DNA of 64,000 bases from Candidatus Aminicenantales bacterium (GTDB lineage Bacteria > Acidobacteriota > Aminicenantia > Aminicenantales > Saccharicenantaceae), in the NCBI GenBank assembly GCA_049512315.1, contig JBEKXF010000010.1, positions 1-64,000 of the forward strand, read 5' to 3'. A program made the translations under genes and the position numbers. This document shows positions 58,622-64,000 of this stretch, in pieces. Under the pieces are notes generated by a model. That model searched no databases, had not been told where the DNA came from, and worked only from the letters and a program-made list of their open reading frames with translations. Position 1 is the stretch's first letter. The number at the start of each line of letters is the position of its first letter.

Positions 58622-60013
58622 TCACCTCCCGCGGATGTTCGCCCTGCCGAAAAAACTCATTCGCGGGGACGGGGGCTGCGCCTCCGGTCCGGCGAGCGCG
58701 GCCGGCGGCATCCGGATGTCCTTGATCCCCTGCCTGAACGCCAGGTTGACGGCGAAGACCGCCGCCGTGGCTTTGGGCGAGGCCCGGAGCGAAGCCCGCG
58801 CGACGCGCTGAACGACCCGCGGGTAGGAGAAGAATTTCTTCCTGACCCAAGCGCATCTTTCGATGAGCTCCTGCCGGGACATGTTTTTCGGCTCGAAACA
58901 GGCGTTGTCTGTCATATACCTGCTCCAGTCCCGTTCAACGAGCCGGCCCTCGCTCTCGAGCCTCGCATGGAGCGGTGTCCCGGGATACGGGACGAGGATG
59001 TTGATCTGGGCCGTATCGATCCGGCTCTCCAGGGCGAACTCGAGGGTCCGCGGGAAGACCGTCTCGTCGTCGTTGTCGAAGCCGAAAATGAAGGCCCCGA
59101 TGACGCAGATCCCCCGAGCGTGGAGCTTCCGGACGGTCTCTTTGTATACGGCCGCCCGGTTCTCGCCCCGGGCGAGCTTGGTGAGCCGCGCCTGGGCGAC
59201 GACGGACTCGAAGCCGACGAACACTCCGGCGCAGCCGCTCCTCTCCATCAGGTCCAGCATCTCGCCGTCCTTCGAGATATTCCACGAGGCGTTGCCGACC
59301 CATGCCTTCCGGAGCGGGATGAGGCCCCGGAAAAGCTCCTTGAAATAATCCGTCTCCTGGGCGACGTTGTCGTCGTTGAGAACGAAGATATCCCCATCGA
59401 GCGCCCGGACCTCCTCGATGACCTCCTCGACGGGCCGGCACCTCGTCCGCGCCCCGAAAAGGGCCGTGATAGAGCAGAATTCGCAGCTGAAGGGGCAGCC
59501 CCGCGTCGCCTGGACGGTGTTGATCGTGATGTAGTCCTCTTTCCTGAGCAGGTCCCTCCGGGGGACCGGCAGGCCGGCCAGGTCTGAGCTATTCGACGAC
59601 CGGTAGACCTCCCGGAGCGCGCCCGTCTCGAAGTCCCTGAGGAGCCCAGGCCAGGTGTCCTCGGCCTCGCCGACGACGATGGCGTCCGCCTCGCGCGCCG
59701 CCTCCTCCGGGCAGGCCGTCACGTGCATCCCGCCGAGAACAACGGGGACCCCCCTTTCTCGATATTCCCGGGCGATCTCGTAACCCCTTTTGGCGTTAGG
59801 GGTCAAAACCGAGATCCCCACGAGGTCGGCGGGGGGGTCGTAGGCGATTGCTTCACGCTCATCGTCAACGATGGAGATTTCGGCTTCCGGAGGGCAGAGG
59901 GCCGCGACCATCGTCAACCCCATGCCAGGGTAGCGTTGGACTTTGGGTTGATTCCTCCGGAAGGACGTCGACCCCGACCGGCGCGCCGACGGATAGATCA
60001 ATTGAATTCTCAT
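58622..60013 (-). CDS. B12-binding domain radical SAM protein
   Basis: VVLGGMHVT, VGEAE, TRGCPFSCEFC, GFES, PYPGT. Confidence 0.9.
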   Translation of the reverse strand: MRIQLIYPSARRSGSTSFRRNQPKVQRYPGMGLTMVAALCPPEAEISIVDDEREAIAYDPPADLVGISVLTPNAKRGYEIAREYRERGVPVVLGGMHVTACPEEAAREADAIVVGEAEDTWPGLLRDFETGALREVYRSSNSSDLAGLPVPRRDLLRKEDYITINTVQATRGCPFSCEFCSITALFGARTRCRPVEEVIEEVRALDGDIFVLNDDNVAQETDYFKELFRGLIPLRKAWVGNASWNISKDGEMLDLMERSGCAGVFVGFESVVAQARLTKLARGENRAAVYKETVRKLHARGICVIGAFIFGFDNDDETVFPRTLEFALESRIDTAQINILVPYPGTPLHARLESEGRLVERDWSRYMTDNACFEPKNMSRQELIERCAWVRKKFFSYPRVVQRVARASLRASPKATAAVFAVNLAFRQGIKDIRMPPAALAGPEAQPPSPRMSFFGRANIRGR

Positions 60014-60201
60014 CTCGGCTCTCCCCCAATCCGACCATATTATGGTGACCCCGGGGAGCCGAGTTGTCAAGAAGATGTCAAGATTTCGTAAAAAGCCCTT
60101 TACACCACGGTTTTCCTGGAACTCGATTGCGGCTACTGGGGCCCGGACTCCGAAGCTAAGATGCGGGAAAAAATGAAATAAAAAGGGGCAGGTGTCCCTC
60201 T

Positions 60202-61032
60202 TTATCCTCGGGGCCCGTTTTTCGCGATCTCGGCCCGGATGGCCGCGTCCAAGCCGCCGGGATGCCGCCGGTAATGGGCTTCAAGCCGGCTCGAATCCTC
60301 ATGGGCCTTCCCGTACGCCCATCCCCCGGACATCAGCCGCCGCTCGTGGAGCTCATGGAGCAGGATAAATCGCCGCTCCTCCGGCCTGACGTCGTCGTCG
60401 ATCCAGACTTCTTTCACCGGGATGAAATCGTAGACCTTGTCGTGCCCGCCTTCCGTGAAATCGATGAAAAAGACGTCCCGGACGAGCTCGCCGTCGACGA
60501 CCCAGACCTTGACGCCGGCGCTCCAATCCTCGAGAAGCTTCTCGTGGATGCGGGCGACGAGCTCGCTGGTCCGGTGCGCGGCCGCCAGAGAAGCTCCCTC
60601 CCGCCCCGCCGCCGTTCCGAGCCGCTCGGCTTTCTCGGCCTTGTCGGCTTCGTCCAGGGCGCTGTCATAGGCGACACCCCCGGCCATCAGTTTGTTCTCG
60701 ATGAGAAGATGGTCAATGAAGAACCGCTCTTCGCCGGGGGCGTTCTCCTCGTCGAGCCAGAATTCGCCGGCCGGGATGAACCGGAAGTTATAATGTTGTC
60801 CAAAGTTCGTGAATTCCTCGTCGAGGTTCTCCCGGACGTATTGACCGTTAACGACCCAGACCTCAAAACCATCGACCCGCCCGGACATCCTGAGATATGG
60901 CTTTCCGGGGACGGAAGGCGGCAGGACGCGCGCGCCCGGAGGAGCGGCACATCCTCCCATGAGCACGACCGCCGCCAAGGCCGCGCAGAGGATGGCCCGG
61001 ATGAAGGTCCGAGGCCCGCTCTCATGTCTCAT
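60202..61032 (-). CDS. Hypothetical lipoprotein with a tandem duplicated domain (HExxE in the second copy)
   Basis: LMGGC lipobox; internal repeat VWVVNG../VWVVDG.. Confidence 0.65.
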   Translation of the reverse strand: MRHESGPRTFIRAILCAALAAVVLMGGCAAPPGARVLPPSVPGKPYLRMSGRVDGFEVWVVNGQYVRENLDEEFTNFGQHYNFRFIPAGEFWLDEENAPGEERFFIDHLLIENKLMAGGVAYDSALDEADKAEKAERLGTAAGREGASLAAAHRTSELVARIHEKLLEDWSAGVKVWVVDGELVRDVFFIDFTEGGHDKVYDFIPVKEVWIDDDVRPEERRFILLHELHERRLMSGGWAYGKAHEDSSRLEAHYRRHPGGLDAAIRAEIAKNGPRG

Positions 61033-61912
61033 GGTTGTTGTTCGCGGCCGGCACTTCTCTCCGGACCCGTTCCTGGATGTCCTTGAGCGAGGCGTAGCTT
61101 TCCATGAGGTCCGGCAGGTACTCCGTGCTCGTCACGAAGGTCCAGAGATAGGCCACGACGGAGTAGGTCTGCCCCGTCGAAAAGTTATCGATGTCGATGG
61201 CGATGAAGAGGACGAGGAGAAAGATACCCAGAAGGAAGAGCCGGATCAGTCCGAAGTTCAGGGCCCCCAGGTTGGCGATCTTCCTCTGAGGCCGGGCCAT
61301 GCCCTCGTAGTAGGCCCGGACATCGCGGATGTCCTTCCGGGCGAAGATCTCGAAGACGCCCTCCCGCATGTCGTGGAGTTCTTTCTGAAGCCCCATCACT
61401 TTCCCGCTGTAGAAACGGTTGATCACCGCGAGCGGAAAGACGATGAGCAGGCAGGTGAGCGAGATCCTCCAGTCGAAGAAGGCCAGGGCGATGGCCGTGC
61501 CCCCCAGGTCGAAGCCCTGCTCGATAAAGTCCGGGACGCGGCGCTTGAGGAAGGTCACGTAGTCCCGGGAAAGCTCGACCCGGGCGGCCGTCTTTGCGAC
61601 GTCGAGGCCCTTCTCGCGGCTCGACTCGGTCACCTCGACGGCGATATTCGTGAATATCTTGAGATAGATCTTCTCGTCGATCGACCGCCGGGCCGCGCCG
61701 ACGCCCGAATTGATGGCGAAGACCCCGATCCAGAGGATCAGGGGAACGGTGTAGGAGATGTGGTCCTTGGCCCCGAAGAACGCGATGAGCCGGTCGAGGA
61801 GGCGGCCGAACAGGGTCGGCTCCACGATCCAGGCCAGCTTCTCGACGACAACGAGAGAGACCGCGAAAAAGAAGGCCCGCCGGTACTTGCGGATGATCTC
61901 GACTAATCTCAT
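61022..61912 (-). CDS. ABC transporter-like six-TM domain protein without a nucleotide-binding domain
   Basis: P-x-LFGRLLD start, RRSID, C-terminal YLW..LP; 296 aa. Confidence 0.65.
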   Translation of the reverse strand: MRLVEIIRKYRRAFFFAVSLVVVEKLAWIVEPTLFGRLLDRLIAFFGAKDHISYTVPLILWIGVFAINSGVGAARRSIDEKIYLKIFTNIAVEVTESSREKGLDVAKTAARVELSRDYVTFLKRRVPDFIEQGFDLGGTAIALAFFDWRISLTCLLIVFPLAVINRFYSGKVMGLQKELHDMREGVFEIFARKDIRDVRAYYEGMARPQRKIANLGALNFGLIRLFLLGIFLLVLFIAIDIDNFSTGQTYSVVAYLWTFVTSTEYLPDLMESYASLKDIQERVRREVPAANNNHET

Positions 61913-61934
61913 GGATTTAAAACGACGGCGCGCT

Positions 61935-62309
61935 TCACGGCCGCTGATTGATGTCGGTCTGCTGCTGGCTTTCCCGGGCCGCCTGCTTGAGGTAGAGGAC
62001 CGTGGCCTGGGCGACGATGAAGATGACGAACCCCATGATGAGGAGGCTCAGGGCGATCAGGGCGACCGCCTTGGCGTTCGAGACCTTCCGGGCGAGCCCC
62101 TGGGGGGCGAGGGCGTCGAAGGCCCATTTCCCCACGAAGATGATCATGATCGTGATCCCGAGGGCGAGTCTGTAGCCGTATTCTTCTCCGTGGGCGTAGC
62201 TCGAACGGGTGATGTGGAAGAAGGGCGAGACGAGCCAGATGGCGAACAGGAGCATGATAACCGTCAGGGTGGTGCCGACGATCTTCTGGCTCTGGGTCTG
62301 GGTATTCAT
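61935..62309 (-). CDS. Small 3-TM hypothetical membrane protein
   Basis: Three hydrophobic segments, co-oriented with neighbours. Confidence 0.6.
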   Translation of the reverse strand: MNTQTQSQKIVGTTLTVIMLLFAIWLVSPFFHITRSSYAHGEEYGYRLALGITIMIIFVGKWAFDALAPQGLARKVSNAKAVALIALSLLIMGFVIFIVAQATVLYLKQAARESQQQTDINQRP

Positions 62310-62496
62310 CCCGGCTCATTTTACTCCATCGTCCATGAAATAAATAGGTCCGGGACCGCCACAATTACCCATCCGACCCCATGGATCCCCATGAAAAACG
62401 CCTTGCGGTTTTTACGGCACCCGACTATAACTTGAGGCATGGCGCGCGCCGCTAGGGACAGGGGGGAACGGCTTTAATTTAGCCTGTGAGGTGTTC

Positions 62497-63930
62497 ATGA
62501 AAAAAGCTGCACGGACGCAGAGAATCTTGTTCGTTTCCGCCCTGCTGGTTCTTTTCGCGGCGTCGCTCGCCGCCGACGAAACGACCGACAAGGTCGACAA
62601 ACTCTTCGCCACGTGGGACAAGACGACGTCGCCCGGGGCGACCCTGGCGGTCATCAGCGACGGCCGGATCATCTACAAGCGGGGCTACGGGATGGCCAAG
62701 CTCGAGGACGGGATCGTCATGACCCCGGACAAGATCTTCGATATCGGCTCGGTCTCCAAGCAGTTCACAGCAACGTGTGTTGTAATGCTAGTGCGCGATG
62801 GGAAGATCTCGCTTGACGACAACGTCCGGAAATTCATCCCCGAGCTCCCCGACTATGGAACGCCGATCACCGTCCGCCATCTCCTCCACCACACGAGCGG
62901 CTTCCGCGACTACAACGCTCTGCTCGAGCTGGCCGGGTTCCGGGACGATTCCGACTGCCCGACCGTCGAGGAGGCCCTGGACGCCATCTGCCGCCAGAAA
63001 AAGCTCAATTATCCCCCCGGCCAGGAATATTCCTACACGAACACTGGCTACTTCCTGCTGAGCCAGATCGTCGAGCGGGTGAGCGGGAAATCGCTCAACG
63101 CCTTCGCCCAAGAGCGCATTTTCAAGCCCCTCGGCATGGAGCATACCCTCTACCAGGACAACCACACCCAGGTCATTAAGGACCGGGCGACCGGTTACGA
63201 TCCCGACGACCAGGGCTTCAAGATCGACATGAGCAATTGGGACGAGACGGGCGATGGGAACGTCTACACGTCGGTCGAGGACCTCTATCTCTGGGACCAG
63301 GCCTTCTACAACAACAAGCTGGGCAAGGGTGTCATGGACATGCTCCACACGACGGGCACGCTCAATAACGGGAAGCCGATCGATTACGCCTTCGGCCTAG
63401 TCGTGACAGAATACAAGGGCCTCAAGGTCGTCGAGCACGGCGGCGCCTGGGCGGGGTTCCGGGCGGGGATCGTCCGCTTCCCCGATGAAAAATTCTCGGT
63501 CATCTGCCTGGCCAATCTGGGCACGGTGGACCCGTCGGGGCTGTGCTTCAAGGTGGCCGACATCTATCTCGCCGGAAAGCTCAAGGAGCCGGAGAAGAAG
63601 GAAGAGAAAAAAGCCGAGGCCGCCGCCGTCCCGGAAAAGGACCTGGCACGGCTCCGCCCTCTCACGCCCGCCATGCTCAACGATTACGCAGGCACATACG
63701 TCAGCCCCGAACTCCTCGACGCGCGCTACCAGATCAGGGTCGACAAGGACAAGCTCGTCCTGAAGACGAGGACGATCCCGCGAGCCGAAATGAAAGCCAT
63801 GGCGCCGGATAAGTTCATCGAGCCCGAAAGCGGGGCCAACATCGAGTTCGTCCGCGGCAAGGGCGGGAAAGTCACGGGCTTCAAGCTCGCCGTCGGCCGG
63901 GCCGCCGGCATCGAATTCGTCAAGAGATAA
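62497..63930 (+). CDS. Secreted beta-lactamase-family serine hydrolase
   Basis: Signal peptide; IGSVSKQF (SxxK), YTN, HGG motifs intact. Confidence 0.9.
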   Translation: MKKAARTQRILFVSALLVLFAASLAADETTDKVDKLFATWDKTTSPGATLAVISDGRIIYKRGYGMAKLEDGIVMTPDKIFDIGSVSKQFTATCVVMLVRDGKISLDDNVRKFIPELPDYGTPITVRHLLHHTSGFRDYNALLELAGFRDDSDCPTVEEALDAICRQKKLNYPPGQEYSYTNTGYFLLSQIVERVSGKSLNAFAQERIFKPLGMEHTLYQDNHTQVIKDRATGYDPDDQGFKIDMSNWDETGDGNVYTSVEDLYLWDQAFYNNKLGKGVMDMLHTTGTLNNGKPIDYAFGLVVTEYKGLKVVEHGGAWAGFRAGIVRFPDEKFSVICLANLGTVDPSGLCFKVADIYLAGKLKEPEKKEEKKAEAAAVPEKDLARLRPLTPAMLNDYAGTYVSPELLDARYQIRVDKDKLVLKTRTIPRAEMKAMAPDKFIEPESGANIEFVRGKGGKVTGFKLAVGRAAGIEFVKR

Positions 63931-63940
63931 AGAAGGGGCC

Positions 63941-64000
63941 ATGGCAAAAATAACAATGCTCGGGACGGGGCTCATCGGCATGTTTTACACCCGGACGCTC
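63941..64000 (+). CDS. Gfo/Idh/MocA-type oxidoreductase N-terminus (truncated by window end)
   Basis: MAKITMLGTGLIG Rossmann GxGxxG start after an AAGGGG RBS. Confidence 0.55.
   Translation, partial: MAKITMLGTGLIGMFYTRTL

Overview
GC-rich bacterial chromosomal window with about 50 CDSs and no recognisable rRNA, tRNA, CRISPR array or transposase. A BamA-family barrel and Tat/Sec exports indicate a diderm, and the gene content suggests an anaerobic amino-acid fermenter. Recognisable blocks: a KdpD-USP/PTS-IIA fusion (partial), ybaK, a RHH/PIN toxin-antitoxin pair, a CDF transporter, cydAB, a GntR-led glutamate mutase/methylaspartate cluster, pckG, a Tat-exported PaoABC-like molybdoenzyme with xdhC and mocA, pcnB, a VKOR-DsbA fusion and a PadR module. 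Highlights: (1) a selenoprotein missed by the ORF track at 6595-8160, with an in-frame TGA in a UxxC thioredoxin motif followed by a SECIS-like hairpin; (2) a two-gene operon at 10357-16411 pairing a REC-PilZ-PilZ-LuxD-like thioesterase-SAM methyltransferase with a membrane HK-REC-HD-GYP sensor, a candidate c-di-GMP-gated lipid signal circuit; (3) uncharacterised genes in the methylaspartate cluster, including a P-loop/tRNA-editing-like protein; (4) a 1549-aa acyl-CoA ligase-GNAT fusion; (5) several intergenic inverted-repeat elements. All family calls come from motif recognition by eye, with no database searches.
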